From a virus (lineage: Duplodnaviria > Caudoviricetes), in IMG/VR virus record IMGVR_UViG_2623620477_000001, positions 1 to 64,000 of that record: a stretch of 64,000 nt of DNA, one strand, 5' to 3'. Of this stretch, positions 7,781 through 19,900 are shown one piece after another; position 1 is the stretch's first letter; each line of letters opens with the position of its first letter. A program made the translations under genes and the position numbers. Below the pieces are notes generated by a model that saw nothing but the letters and a program-made list of their open reading frames with translations, ran no database searches and was not told the origin of the DNA.

Positions 7781-10700
7781 CTACTCAATCCAAATATCGC
7801 CATTAGCAGGAGAACTTGGTGCGGATGTTCTGATTTTGTTTGCAGTTGTAGCAGTTGCAACTGTCTGTGAACCAATATTATCTGCCGTGATAAAGTTCTT
7901 CCAAGCAGTCCAAGTTCCACCTGCTTCAGCTCTATATTGAGGAACTCCTGTTGCTGAGTCTGGTAAAAACATCTGTGCTCCCCAACCACCATTATTATCC
8001 CAAGACATATGAATAATATGACCATCAGTTGCTGGTTTTTCTGTAGTCATTGTGCTGGTTGCCAAAAAATGTGTAAGAGAACCATTTGTTGATTTTGGAT
8101 AAAGGTTTGCGGTTGTGGGTCGCATTGTTTCACCTTTTGTCCAAGTTGATGTTGCAGCATTTCTAGCATTGGTTACAAAATATTCTGTATCAATGTAATA
8201 ATAAGAACCATTATATCTGCACAGATAAGTTCCTGCTGGAAGCGTCTTATTTGATGAACTAGAAACAAGATTGTTTATGTAAATATTCTTTGCACCTGTT
8301 GAGTTTACATTAAGCGTAATTACTCCGTTATAAGAGTTAGCGTTAGTAAATGTAATAGGGAATGTTGCACCACTTGCTAATACGAAACCACGCATACTTG
8401 CAACCTTTGCTTGTTCTGTACTTGCAGTTGTACAATATGCAGTTCCTCTTGTAAAATCTGCACTTGAAGAGTTACCTGAACACGAACCCGAAGAACCTGT
8501 TATATTGCCAGCATAATTTACATTTTTGGTAATAGATGTACCTACAACAGCTGTGACATAAGTATTAGGAAAGGTTACAGTTCTGTTTGAAGCTCTGTCT
8601 GATACGTCTCCTGTAGACGCATATTTTATAACAGTATTATATCTATGATAATTTCCTGTAATTTTGCCATAAAGTCTTATTCTGAACTTATTTGTATCAA
8701 AAACTTCATAAGTTGCAGTAAGGTCTGCATTTGAATATCTTCCTACACAGTTAAATATTGCTGTGCTAACAGTAGCGTTACTTCCTCGAACAAAGACATA
8801 GAAATCTGATATTGTAACTGTTCCTATTTTATCTGAAATAACTGTACCTTCCATACTTATACTATGATTTCCACTTGCAGCAGCTCCTTCAAGCCTTGCA
8901 ATTTCATAATAACCACTGCTGTATGTATTACTTGAATATACAGTTCCAAAATAGGGAACATTTGAACCAAGAATATCACCACTTATTGTTGCACTTGAAC
9001 CTGTAATTGCCCCTGCCTGCGAAATACTTGCAGTTGTTGTTCCACTGCTATTTTTTACTGTAAAAGAGCCATATAAAGTTTCTGCAATTGCAGAAGCAGT
9101 TGAACCAATTGTCAATGCAATAGACTGTATCTTTGATTTGATGTAGTTCCATAAAGCACTCATAGGTCTACGGTGATATGTTGTTATAGTAGTACCACCG
9201 TTAACATATTGTGAAACATAGTAATCATTATCTGTTGGAGTAGAACTACCTGTATCAAGAGCGTTGATAAAAGCATTGCAAGCGTCTTTTGCAGTAGTCT
9301 GTCCTGTGCCACCATTCGCAACAGGAAGTGTACCGCTTACACCGATACTCTCTGCATTTGCAGAGCCGTCAAAACTCTGTGCACTAGTTGAGCCAAGTGC
9401 TACTTTAAGGTTTCTAGCAGTTTCAAGTTTCTCTGCGGTTTCTGATCCTGCACCAGACTGCCCTTTGAGATAATCAAATGTAAATACTGGTGCTTCGGCT
9501 GTTCCGCTTTGAGTTACTGTTGGAGTTCCAACTTCGTTAATATGAGCACCTGCTACTGCAGTAATTTGAGGAGTTGCACCTGCATCTCCTTTGTCACCTT
9601 TGTCTCCTTTGTCACCTTTTGCACCTTGCGAACTTGACGTAATAAGGTTGCCATATTCATCAAACTCCAAAGTAGCACCAGATTCAAGAACGTACCTGTA
9701 TGTTCTAAATTCAGAATCATATAAGATTTTTGTAAATCCTATTCCTGTTCCGTAAGTGTTTCTTCCTGTAACAGTTTCGTAAGGATAGAGATATGCTTTT
9801 AAGAACTCCACCGAATACAAAGTATAATAATCATAATAAACAACTTGACTATTATGATTTACATAAGCATTTAAGTAAATCATACTAATATACTGATACA
9901 CAGAAACCATAGGATTACTTGGTTTAGGAATAGTTATATTTCTTGAACCTTCAAAAACAACATTACCTATAACTGTATACCAAGTATGTATTTCTGGAGT
10001 TGTATTTTCAAAATCTATACTTGCTACAATAATGTTATTTACATCGATAAGTTCTTGATTAAGATATATTGCATTTATTTGAAATTTAAGCCAAGCAACA
10101 CAATCAATTGAATTAGAATGGAAAGGAACTGCAAAAGTCTTATCAGAAATAAAAGAATTGATGTCAATATTTATTGCACTGTCAAAAGGTGTTTTGTATA
10201 CGTCAAGATGTATAATGCTTGCTGAATAATGCTCATCATTCCAATACTGCCAACTATTCCAAGTTACATCACTTAGCGTTATTACACCAACAACAACTGC
10301 ATATGTATCAGAATATACCTCATTTTCTTCTTCAAGAAGTTTACAATCTCCATAAATATATAATTTTCCAGAATCCCCAATAATTGTACATGGGTGAGTC
10401 ATTTCACTTTCACTAAAGAATGCTTCTCTTCCATTAAAAACTGCATAATAACCACTCCAAGTAGTAGTTCCAGAAGTAGATATTCTTATTATATATTGCA
10501 TCGTTAAACTACTACTTCCAGAAACAAGAATATAAAAATATCCATCATAAGCCCCTACAGAATTTACTGTTAGATTGGAAAAGTCGTTTTCTAAGTCAAT
10601 ATCTGTTACAAAAACAGAAGATGGATTTAATATATTAACTACACATAGTTTATCTTGATTGTTACGAGCTAAAACATAATTATCAAGTTCAAATGGTAAT

Positions 10701-13700
10701 GGGAAAGTTATTGACTGATTTAAACCTTGTAAAGTTTCTATTCTTTGAGTAGAAATGTTAAACAAAAGCCAAGTAACTTCTGTTGACAAATCAAAGCCTA
10801 TATACACTTTAGAAGAAGTTCCGTAAATTTTATGGAAATATAATTCTTCTGTATCGTGTAATTGGTATTCATCAACAACAGATTCATTTTTATAAACTTT
10901 GAGTTTTTTTGAAGAACCAATACTTACTCTATATACATCAGAAGAATTAGGAAGGCTAAAATAGTAAGCATGGCTAAGTGTTTCAGAACTAATTGTTTTT
11001 GACTGTCCAGACTTATATGTTCCTTCCTCAACCATAATCGAGTTACCTTCGCTCGATGTTTGGAAGATTATGTTTTCATCTTCATCGTATACTGTAAAAG
11101 CGTTTCCGTTTACTGTAACATCACCTGTCGCACTTACTCGGAAATCGTTAATTACGAAGTCGATGTCATATTCTCCTGTCGGAACTCCGTTTTCAATTTG
11201 TGGTGTAACTTGAATATACTGATGTTCACCACCAACACGGAAAGAACCTTTTCTTAAGAGCGTGTGTTCATCTATTACTGTATCATTTACAGCCCAATAG
11301 TTGTACTGGTCGCCTTGCATAGCACCGTCAGTAATATATCCAAGGTTTGCTGATAAGGCGGCGAGTTCTTCAACGAAAATCTGCTGAACTCCTAATGCAC
11401 CGTCTAAGCGGACTTTTTCTCCTTGATTATTAAGTTCCCAAGCCTTTACAACGTCTTGTGCAGAAGTTGCTCTTGCTTCAATGTAAGTAATAGAACTCCA
11501 AGAACTTTCAGCGAGAATTGTCTTTGCTTTAATGCGGTAAGCATAAAGAGTGTGAACACTTGCGTTTGGCTGTCCGTAAAGTGGTACGCTGAATGAAACG
11601 GTAGTTCCTGTTGCAACATTAAGTTTTTCACCTTCGTTTCCTTGCTTGTAGTTATCCAAACTTTCATAAGGATTCAAGCCAAGTGCAGGTGCATACCAAA
11701 CCAATTCTGACGGATCTGTGATAGGTGTATAAACATTGTTCACTAATTTATACGCTTTTGCAACTTGTATGAGAACTCCTTGACTTCCGTAGATATTATT
11801 CTGTTCTGTCCAACGAAGTGTAACACTTCTGCCCGAAGATGTGATATTCAATGTAGGAGTTGTCGGAGTGTAACCAAGATAGCCTGTAACATCTGGGTGT
11901 ACAACAGCACTGTCAGAATAGCCTGCTTCATTTTTCTCTCTTACTTTTATGCTAAGAGCCTGTACTGTTGCGGTAAGCATTGGCTGAATAGCATACTGAT
12001 ACGATTCGAGAGTTACATCTGATGCTACTAAAGTGTTATCTACATAAATATCGAAGAACTTAGTGCCGTAACTTTCTGTGTCTGCAACAAGAGGAATCTC
12101 AATATATTTTTCATAAGCCTTTGGAGCGATTACAGGAGTTGCAATCTCCCAAGTCTTATAATAAGTATCATCAAGAGTATAAGTATTCTGTGTCTGCGTA
12201 TACGCTTCGGATGTTGCGGTTACAGAGAATATCCAATCATCTTCGATGTCATCAATCTCTGGATAGCCGTCATTTTCTCTATCGAAGTAATAGTAATATG
12301 TAAGACTGCGAGTTCCTGTAATTTTCTGTGTTCCGTTTACACTTGCGCTGAATGAAGGTGTTCCGTAGAAATCTCCACTTAAAGACCACTTCAATTCGAT
12401 GTAATCTTCGAACGGAGTTGCTGTAAGTGTTGGAGCATTAAAGTGCCAAGTTTTATAATGAGTCTTATCATAAGTTGCATTTGCAGAAGTTGCAGACAAT
12501 CCCGACTGATTAGACACAGTAACAGTAAAGTTCCAAGCACTTGTATCAAAATCGCTCTTTTCTGGATATTCGTTATTCTCTCTGTTGAAATTATAACGAT
12601 ATGAGAATCCTCCAATGCCCTGTGCGATTACAACACCGTTTCTTTTTATTGTGTACAGATTTACACCGAATACACTACTTGTATCACAACTCCAAGTGAT
12701 ATTGATATAATCTCTATACGGAGTTGCTGTAACATTTATCGGTGCGGTCGGTTGCCAAGTAAGATAGTGAGTAAGGTCGAGAGTAACATTTACCCAATCA
12801 GAATAATGTCCGTACACATTCATTGTTCTGATTCTTATTGACCAATTCGAGAGTTGAGAGGTTGTAGGATAACCGTCTGTGCTTCGGTCAAAAATATAAT
12901 CATAGAATGTTTCAGAAGTTACAAAAGTCTGAACTACATTATTCGGTTTTGTTATTTCAACGAGGTAATTCTTTACACTATCATTAAGAGTAGCACCGCC
13001 ATTTTCCCATTTAACAGAGATTCCGCTTTCCTTTGCAACGGCAGTAGCATTTGACGGAGCAACTGGTGTAGCAGTTCCACCATTTTCGATTATTCCAATG
13101 GTTTCTCCAATGGCATTTGCAAGGTCTGATTGTGAAGCAGGAGTACTTACATCTCCGTAATTTATAGGAAGTCCGCTCTGATTTGGGAGAGTGGTTTTCG
13201 GATCAAAGTCGTCTACAACAATACTATCTGCATCATAAATCTGTTCATTATAAGGAATGAGCGTTAATTCATAAGTTCCGTCACCATTTTCTTTCTTTCC
13301 GAAACAGAGAGTTTCAATTGTTTCTGTTCCATAGAGTCCGAATGATAATACTGCTCCTTCTTCTATAATGCTATTTGCAGTTTCAGCACTATCGAACATA
13401 AGTACATTGTGCTCTCCCGATGCAGAGAATCTAGCAAGTTTTTTCTTTATGATTACAGGTTCTCCGTTTGTGTTTACACCGTTTATTTGAACACCATAAT
13501 TTTCGTTTACATGAGCAACTGTGAACTTTACATCGGTTTTAATACCTGTAATGAGGTTGTTATCGTTCTTGATAAGTTCTACAACTTCTCCACCCTCTCC
13601 GATACCAACGCTGATTATAGGGCTTTGAATTGTTATAAGACTACCAATTTCAGCAAGTGAACCTTCGGTAGTTACCTTTGCTTGAAGGGTTTCTGGTCTT

Positions 13701-15733
13701 AATTTCTTACAAGCCTGCTGATATAAACTTAATGCCTTTGCGTGATATGGGTCTGAAATATATGGCATTTCTACATTCTCAAGAACATCAGAACTTGACA
13801 AGGCAGGACTTCCGTAAGGTTTTACTGCAATTGTATCTTGCTGATAATAATTCAACGCAGAAATGTACTTTACACTCTGACCGTCTGGAAGTACATCAAA
13901 ACTCTTTGTCAGTGTAAGCGATAACAAGTTGTTATTATTCAAAGTAAGCAGAGGTATAGACTGTGGCTTATCGGTATAAATACCGTACTTCTTTCCGTTG
14001 AGGATAATAAAACTCTTTGCGGTCTGTAAAATAGTGTTTACAAGGTCGATTGTTTTTGTACTATTTAATACAGCACCGTCACAATAATGACGTTTATCGG
14101 AAATGCCTCCTGCAAATGTCCTTGTTTCTTCACAGAGTTCATACAGTTCTCCAAACTGCTGTAAGTCGATTTTGTTTGACTCCATATAATCAATACCTTC
14201 TGTGAGATTGTATCTGTATATAGGGTCTTTATAATCTCCTGTCATTACCATTAAAGAAAGTGATGCTGGGTTTCGTGTCGGCGCTAGAGTTTTGCTCCAC
14301 CCTGTTCCATCGAATGTTCTTGCCTTTGAAGTAGCGACGAGATTTATTTTATCAAAATTACTCTGTAAATCATCAGTTACCTTAATAGAGAATCCAAGTC
14401 TTGCAGTCTTGTTTCTTTCTCTTTCATTCATAGGTGCTTGTCTTTCATAACTTGTTGATTGACCTTCCCAATCTGTTTTTGAATAATCATAGCACCAACT
14501 TCGAATTGCAGTAAAATAACACTTGTCTATTATCTGTGCAGAATCTGTAGTTGAAGGATTACAACGAGAGATTCTGAACTCGATTACCTTCGATTCACAA
14601 GTCTTTATATCACTCTTTGGGAACGCAATACGGTAAACATATCTTAAGGTTTTTGCCTTTTGGTTTTTGAATACCATATATCCGTGTTCTTGGTCGTAGA
14701 TACCTCTGTTTGTAGATTCTGACATCTTCCACTTCTGACCCACGTTATCACCTACAATCCAAGTGTTCCCGTTATCAAGAGAATACTCGATTTTTACATC
14801 AACTTCTGCATCCTGTTTTTCACCCTTATCGTTATATCCGATAAGACCTGCAAAAGACACTTCGAGTTCTACTATATTTGCATATCGGGCAGAGAACGCA
14901 TAAACATAATTTGCATTTCCTTCTACATTCTTAAGTTCTGCATTAAAGTTCTCTTGTACAACTTTCTGATTATACAAAGATACTTCGTTCGCTCCCTGCT
15001 GTATTTCAAGTTGAGTGTAACTTGATTTTTCTGGGTCTACTTCGCCTGTAACTGGATCAATGTATTCATAAGGATATTTTTCTGATGTAATTTCAAGAGC
15101 ACCGTTCTCAACATTTCCTATATTACTTGCAAGAACTTCGTTTCCTATACTTACATCTTTTATATCGAGGTTGTTATATCCGATTAAATACAGACAGTGA
15201 TATATCATATTTTCACCGTCTTCTCCACTTATTGTTGTGTAAGGCTTTCCAATTACATAAGGAACAAAATAAGTCTTTCCTAAAATAAGAGGTATACACT
15301 TTCCTAAAGCACTCTGATTCTTCGAGCCTTGTATTGAAGGAAGATTTTCTATTTCTTCTTGATTGTTAGCAGTATCTACATCTGGAGTAAGCCATTTTTT
15401 CAATCCTTCTTTAAGTAATTCAGCGAACCCCTTGCCTGTTACCATTCTAACAACAAGTTCACTAACACCAAGAACAGCAACTCCAATAAGTGTAGCATAA
15501 ATAAGCGAAGCAACAGAAATAGTTCCGACTGCACTTGGGTACTGTCTTATAACACAAGTATCACCGTCTTTAAGTTTATAGTCTTTTTCCTTGCGGATTC
15601 CGTTTACAAAGATTACAGAGTTTTCAAGATCAACGTCTGTAATTGCTTCACAAAGACAGAGAGGTGTGCTGATTTTTACGACTTCTGATTTAGGCTCAAA
15701 TGGATTCTTAATTACTTCAACAATTGCTTGGCT
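7781..15733 (-). CDS. Tail tip / host-specificity protein (lambda I+J-like) fused to fibre; AGC start, 2650 aa
   Basis: IPLILGK, TRNPASL, YCDGAV tail-tip motifs; FN3-like repeats; collagen GxY; fibre C-terminus; frame stays open 96 codons upstream of track ATG 15445 (VIFVNG..DYKLKDGDTCVIRQYP) to GAGGGG-tactaca-AGC. Confidence 0.88.
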   Translation of the reverse strand, partial: SQAIVEVIKNPFEPKSEVVKISTPLCLCEAITDVDLENSVIFVNGIRKEKDYKLKDGDTCVIRQYPSAVGTISVASLIYATLIGVAVLGVSELVVRMVTGKGFAELLKEGLKKWLTPDVDTANNQEEIENLPSIQGSKNQSALGKCIPLILGKTYFVPYVIGKPYTTISGEDGENMIYHCLYLIGYNNLDIKDVSIGNEVLASNIGNVENGALEITSEKYPYEYIDPVTGEVDPEKSSYTQLEIQQGANEVSLYNQKVVQENFNAELKNVEGNANYVYAFSARYANIVELEVSFAGLIGYNDKGEKQDAEVDVKIEYSLDNGNTWIVGDNVGQKWKMSESTNRGIYDQEHGYMVFKNQKAKTLRYVYRIAFPKSDIKTCESKVIEFRISRCNPSTTDSAQIIDKCYFTAIRSWCYDYSKTDWEGQSTSYERQAPMNERERNKTARLGFSIKVTDDLQSNFDKINLVATSKARTFDGTGWSKTLAPTRNPASLSLMVMTGDYKDPIYRYNLTEGIDYMESNKIDLQQFGELYELCEETRTFAGGISDKRHYCDGAVLNSTKTIDLVNTILQTAKSFIILNGKKYGIYTDKPQSIPLLTLNNNNLLSLTLTKSFDVLPDGQSVKYISALNYYQQDTIAVKPYGSPALSSSDVLENVEMPYISDPYHAKALSLYQQACKKLRPETLQAKVTTEGSLAEIGSLITIQSPIISVGIGEGGEVVELIKNDNNLITGIKTDVKFTVAHVNENYGVQINGVNTNGEPVIIKKKLARFSASGEHNVLMFDSAETANSIIEEGAVLSFGLYGTETIETLCFGKKENGDGTYELTLIPYNEQIYDADSIVVDDFDPKTTLPNQSGLPINYGDVSTPASQSDLANAIGETIGIIENGGTATPVAPSNATAVAKESGISVKWENGGATLNDSVKNYLVEITKPNNVVQTFVTSETFYDYIFDRSTDGYPTTSQLSNWSIRIRTMNVYGHYSDWVNVTLDLTHYLTWQPTAPINVTATPYRDYINITWSCDTSSVFGVNLYTIKRNGVVIAQGIGGFSYRYNFNRENNEYPEKSDFDTSAWNFTVTVSNQSGLSATSANATYDKTHYKTWHFNAPTLTATPFEDYIELKWSLSGDFYGTPSFSASVNGTQKITGTRSLTYYYYFDRENDGYPEIDDIEDDWIFSVTATSEAYTQTQNTYTLDDTYYKTWEIATPVIAPKAYEKYIEIPLVADTESYGTKFFDIYVDNTLVASDVTLESYQYAIQPMLTATVQALSIKVREKNEAGYSDSAVVHPDVTGYLGYTPTTPTLNITSSGRSVTLRWTEQNNIYGSQGVLIQVAKAYKLVNNVYTPITDPSELVWYAPALGLNPYESLDNYKQGNEGEKLNVATGTTVSFSVPLYGQPNASVHTLYAYRIKAKTILAESSWSSITYIEARATSAQDVVKAWELNNQGEKVRLDGALGVQQIFVEELAALSANLGYITDGAMQGDQYNYWAVNDTVIDEHTLLRKGSFRVGGEHQYIQVTPQIENGVPTGEYDIDFVINDFRVSATGDVTVNGNAFTVYDEDENIIFQTSSEGNSIMVEEGTYKSGQSKTISSETLSHAYYFSLPNSSDVYRVSIGSSKKLKVYKNESVVDEYQLHDTEELYFHKIYGTSSKVYIGFDLSTEVTWLLFNISTQRIETLQGLNQSITFPLPFELDNYVLARNNQDKLCVVNILNPSSVFVTDIDLENDFSNLTVNSVGAYDGYFYILVSGSSSLTMQYIIRISTSGTTTWSGYYAVFNGREAFFSESEMTHPCTIIGDSGKLYIYGDCKLLEEENEVYSDTYAVVVGVITLSDVTWNSWQYWNDEHYSASIIHLDVYKTPFDSAINIDINSFISDKTFAVPFHSNSIDCVAWLKFQINAIYLNQELIDVNNIIVASIDFENTTPEIHTWYTVIGNVVFEGSRNITIPKPSNPMVSVYQYISMIYLNAYVNHNSQVVYYDYYTLYSVEFLKAYLYPYETVTGRNTYGTGIGFTKILYDSEFRTYRYVLESGATLEFDEYGNLITSSSQGAKGDKGDKGDKGDAGATPQITAVAGAHINEVGTPTVTQSGTAEAPVFTFDYLKGQSGAGSETAEKLETARNLKVALGSTSAQSFDGSANAESIGVSGTLPVANGGTGQTTAKDACNAFINALDTGSSTPTDNDYYVSQYVNGGTTITTYHRRPMSALWNYIKSKIQSIALTIGSTASAIAETLYGSFTVKNSSGTTTASISQAGAITGSSATISGDILGSNVPYFGTVYSSNTYSSGYYEIARLEGAAASGNHSISMEGTVISDKIGTVTISDFYVFVRGSNATVSTAIFNCVGRYSNADLTATYEVFDTNKFRIRLYGKITGNYHRYNTVIKYASTGDVSDRASNRTVTFPNTYVTAVVGTSITKNVNYAGNITGSSGSCSGNSSSADFTRGTAYCTTASTEQAKVASMRGFVLASGATFPITFTNANSYNGVITLNVNSTGAKNIYINNLVSSSSNKTLPAGTYLCRYNGSYYYIDTEYFVTNARNAATSTWTKGETMRPTTANLYPKSTNGSLTHFLATSTMTTEKPATDGHIIHMSWDNNGGWGAQMFLPDSATGVPQYRAEAGGTWTAWKNFITADNIGSQTVATATTANKIRTSAPSSPANGDIWIE
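9581..9626 (-). repeat. Collagen-like GxY repeat in tail protein
   Basis: GAKGDKGDKGDKGDA encoded by 9-nt tandem units. Confidence 0.8.
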
Positions 15734-16112
15734 TGTAGTACCCCTCTATTCTGTTTTCCCACCTATGCAACGGTTCAATTTTTACACCCTCTTTAGTAGC
15801 GTGGATAAATAAACCGTGTTCAAGGTAAACTCCCGTATGTGTGGGTTCGTTTATTATTTTGATTACTATTATACACAATTCTTGCGGATAAGCCAACTTT
15901 TCATATTTAACTTTTTGTATCATTTCAAGAAAAACTGATTCGTACTGTTCTGGATTGTCATAGTCTACATCTGGAAGATACATTCCGTGTATTTTGTAAA
16001 CTTCAATATCAATTCCATAACAATCAAAACCTTCTTTGGTTCTTCCGTGGATTTTATAAGGACATCCAACTAATTCTTTTATTTTTTCGTAATTTATACT
16101 AGTCCTGGACAT
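15717..16112 (-). CDS. NlpC/P60 tail-tip protein (lambda K-like)
   Basis: GFDCYG and HTGVY...FIHA motifs. Confidence 0.9.
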   Translation of the reverse strand: MSRTSINYEKIKELVGCPYKIHGRTKEGFDCYGIDIEVYKIHGMYLPDVDYDNPEQYESVFLEMIQKVKYEKLAYPQELCIIVIKIINEPTHTGVYLEHGLFIHATKEGVKIEPLHRWENRIEGYYKPSNC

Positions 16113-16573
16113 ACTCTATCATTACAAACATCATAAGGAACTTTAATGTCGAATAAATCATCAAACTTCATAGTCCACTGAATAATTGTTTCATTCAAAA
16201 CTGCATTTGTAAGAATGAACTCCATATCTTCAATCGGTTCGATAACATCAGAACCATTATTATATTCAATTGTGGCTACAAATCTAATTGTTGCTCTTAC
16301 TTTTGCAGAACGGATCTTATCAACCCAAAACTGGTCTACGGAAGAAATACTGATAGAAGCATCTGTAAATCCTGTGCTTGTCTGTTCTGGCAAACTTATT
16401 TTGAAAAATCCTGCCAAGAACGTATGTTCCTCAAAGACTACATCTTCATCAGTGTTTGCGTAGCGATATATTACTACATTTCCTTCATTGTCAGTATAAG
16501 TAATCTCAATGAGATACGGAAACTTAGCCTGTATCACCATCTTTTCCATTAAAAGTTTTGCAGTTCTTGTCAT
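16094..16573 (-). CDS. Minor tail protein (DUF1833 / lambda L-like position)
   Basis: Position between distal tail and NlpC genes; FKISLPEQ, ISISSVD pattern; ATG after GGAGG. Confidence 0.7.
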   Translation of the reverse strand: MTRTAKLLMEKMVIQAKFPYLIEITYTDNEGNVVIYRYANTDEDVVFEEHTFLAGFFKISLPEQTSTGFTDASISISSVDQFWVDKIRSAKVRATIRFVATIEYNNGSDVIEPIEDMEFILTNAVLNETIIQWTMKFDDLFDIKVPYDVCNDRVCPGLV

Positions 16574-16923
16574 ACTTCCTCCCAATCCATAGTACAAGTT
16601 ATAAGTTTTCCACTTGTTTGAGAATACTGCGGTGCTCCGTCAGAAGTGAATCTGTATTCAGCATTTCCACTTCCGTCAATCTTAGGAAACTCAAAAGACA
16701 GAGTTCCGAACTTAATTGTATTCTTATACCAATAACTAAAATACAGATATTCGTCATAGGTAAAAATCATCGTTACGCTAAAAGGTCTTTTGGCAAGGCT
16801 GTGAGCCATTCGTCTTTTTGTTTTACCACTTAATGTTTCATCAGAGATAAAACCTGTTATTTCAGACCAAGTTGTATCTCTTCTTGCCAACTGATTTACA
16901 TGAGAATCCCAAGCCTGTGCCAT
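16570..16923 (-). CDS. Distal tail protein (lambda M-like)
   Basis: Directly after tape measure; SGKTKRR, FSYWY...GTLSFEFP. Confidence 0.7.
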   Translation of the reverse strand: MAQAWDSHVNQLARRDTTWSEITGFISDETLSGKTKRRMAHSLAKRPFSVTMIFTYDEYLYFSYWYKNTIKFGTLSFEFPKIDGSGNAEYRFTSDGAPQYSQTSGKLITCTMDWEEV

Positions 16924-19900
16924 TATAACCTCCTACCGTCTACTCTCTGTTTCTGCATTGCAAAAGCGTTATCCCAACCATTAAAACCATTTGCAACATC
17001 ACTCGCAATCTTCTTGCTGATTGTAATGAGCATTTCATTTACGCCATTATTATTTCTCTGCTGAACATCAACATCGGTATTTGCATAGTTGTTTACCACA
17101 ACTTTTACTGCACCTTTGCCGAGTCCTTCAGGATTCTTTGTTGCAATAATAGTATCTTCGGGATGAGTACTGAAATTACCTTTTGGTGTAATTATCATAT
17201 CATTTACAGGTGTTGCTCTTGATACATAATCTTTAAGAGTAAATGCGTTAATTTCAGATTTCTTCTTAAGATAATACTCTTCCTGTTCCTTAATTGCCTT
17301 TGCAAGGTCTTTATACTGCTGATTAAGTTCTTTGAGAAGTTCAAGTTGTTTCTCTTGTTCATTTGCCTCTGATGACCCCTCTGCAAGAGAACTTATAAAT
17401 CCCGATGCAATACCACTTGCTCCACCAAGAGCAAATAAAGCGAGAGCGCCTGGCACTCCTGCCCAACCAGACTGTGCAATTAAGTTGACACCTGCTTGAA
17501 TACAGGTAATTGCGAGGCTCTTTGTTATCTGTGAAACGAGTTGTGCAAACTGTTTCTTTAATGCGTCTCCTACGCTTGCTCCTTTTGCGAGAGCATCGCC
17601 GATTGCTGTAAATCCGTCTATCAAGGCATTTGGAATCTGTGTCTTTGCAATGTCCATAAGAGTACTTGCAAATAAATCAGCATTAGTTTTTGATATACCG
17701 ATTTTCTCAAAGTATTCAGAAACCTGTCCTTCAAGATAACCCCAAATATCAGACTGTTTTTTCTTCTCATCAGTTAATTGCTTTTCCCAATAAAGAAGTG
17801 CTTCGGCTTGGTTTTCTGTGTACCCTTCCGACATAAGAGCCTTTATTTCAGCCTGTTTCTTTAACTCACCTGTCTGGTCTTTGAGGATTGCAAGTTCTTC
17901 TCTATATGATTCCAATTGAGCAATAGTAGCCTCTTGTTGTGCGCTATACTGCAAATCTTTCATCTTGTTTGTAGTACCCTCATCAGCACCCCACAATCCC
18001 GAATCACGCATAGCTTTGATTACAGAGTTTATCTTCTCAAGTTTCTGTTCTGCGAGATCCAATTTGCTTATATTGATAAGTCCTGCGTCAGAGAATGACT
18101 TCATATTTGTCATTTCCTTTTCAAGTTTTTCCTTGAATTTAGCAACAGCAGTAGCACCTTTTTCAATAGCACCATCATATACTTCTTCGTTAGTGAATCC
18201 CATCGCATTTTGCAATACTTTCTGCCATTCAGAGAGATTTTCAAGCTTAATTTTAATCTTTACTTCTTTAAGTTGCTTATTGAGATATTCAATCGTCTTG
18301 TCAATTTCTGGCTTATTCTTTGCATAACTGATTACATTTCCATCATTATCAAATTGTCCATTGAGTTCTTTTAATTTCTTCTCATAAGCCTGTACAGTTT
18401 TAACGTTATCTTCAAGAGCAATTTTCTCTTTTTCGTGTTTAGAGATAGTTCCATTAAACAATTCATCAACTTGGTCTTTAAGTTCGGTGATATTGAACTT
18501 CTCAACTTGAGATTCCCAAAATGAAACAACACGAGCCTGTTCTTCTATCGACCTATTTGTATGTGCAACGGCTTCTTGCCATTTATTTACTTCTTCTTGT
18601 GCTTTCTTTAATTTCTTTTCATATCCTGTAAGTCCGCCACCACCATCTTTTCTCATTTTTTCTTCAAGCAAACTTACATTCTTGTGTGCCTCTTGTAGTT
18701 TTTCATTAAAAGTAGCAAGATTGCTCTTATACCCATCAAGAATAGCAGTTTCATTTTGAAGATTCTGTTTGCGATTATTCTTATTAACTCCAACATTCAG
18801 TAAGTTATAATCTGTTCCCATTGCCTTTTTTGCATCTTCTACAGCCTTCGCCATTTTTGCGGTTTCTTCTGCAGCCTCCGCAGTACTCTTTTTATAAGAC
18901 TTTACAGCAACGGCTATTCCTGCAATTACACCTGCTCCAACAGCCAACGCTAAAGTTGCAGGGTTGAGAATTGCCTTAAGAACTACAGTTTTCTTTAACT
19001 CGGTATTTAATTTGATTATTGCACCAACAAGTCCAACTCCGATTACGGTTACAAGGGAAGAAATAACCGCAACAAGTCCACCTTGTAGAAGTGCTTTCAT
19101 TACAGGATTGCTATTCCACTCAAGTAATTTATCAGAGAGGTTTCCTATCTTTTCTTTGAGGACATCGAGGATAGCCTTGTAAGCATCTGCAATTCCCGAT
19201 ACTTCGGCAAAGTTTACAGTCATTTCCTTAAAGTAGTCAGAAATGAACCCTTCCTTACCTTCGATAGTTTTATTGATGTTGTCCATAGCATTATAGAACT
19301 GACCTGCTTTTCCTGTGGTTTCATCTACGGCAGAAGTCATATTCTTAAATGCCTTGGTAATATCCTTTGCGGTGGCAGTTCCCGTAACGCCCATTTTCTT
19401 CAACATATCATAGATAGGAACGCCACGCATAGCCAACTGTTGCAACTGCATAGCAGATGCCTTTCCTGTACTGTTGATTTTAGAATAGATAGTTACGAGA
19501 TCCGCGAACTTGTTTTTGTCTCCCTGTACAACGTTTCCGAGCATTACCAACTTATCTTTAATGGTGTCTACATCTACACCGACGTTAGCCATCTGTGTAA
19601 ACGCACCTGTAAGTTCATCAACACCGAAAGTTGTTTCATTAGAGAGTTTTCGAAGTTCCTCGAACTTTGCTTTACCTACATCTGCATCGTGGAAGAATGT
19701 AGTAAGACCCATTTCAAGTTCTTCGAAGTGTGAGAAGTTACCAATAGCGGTCTTAAACGCACTAGTCATTCCTTTAATAGTTGCAACAAGTGAAGTAACA
19801 CCTGCAACTGCCGCGAGAGTAGACGGGCTAAGCGCCCTCATCGCATCATCAAGATTACCCGTAACCTTTTCAGAGTTACTTGCAGTCTTGTTGAACATAT

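Noticed and set aside
7781-9600. Diversity-generating retroelement or invertible tail-fibre system
   Set aside because: No reverse transcriptase or invertase and no template/variable repeat pair seen in this window.
16094-16112. Possible AGT start for the NlpC gene
   Set aside because: An in-frame ATG exists at 16112 and the AGT is only 2 nt from the nearest SD-like AGGA.
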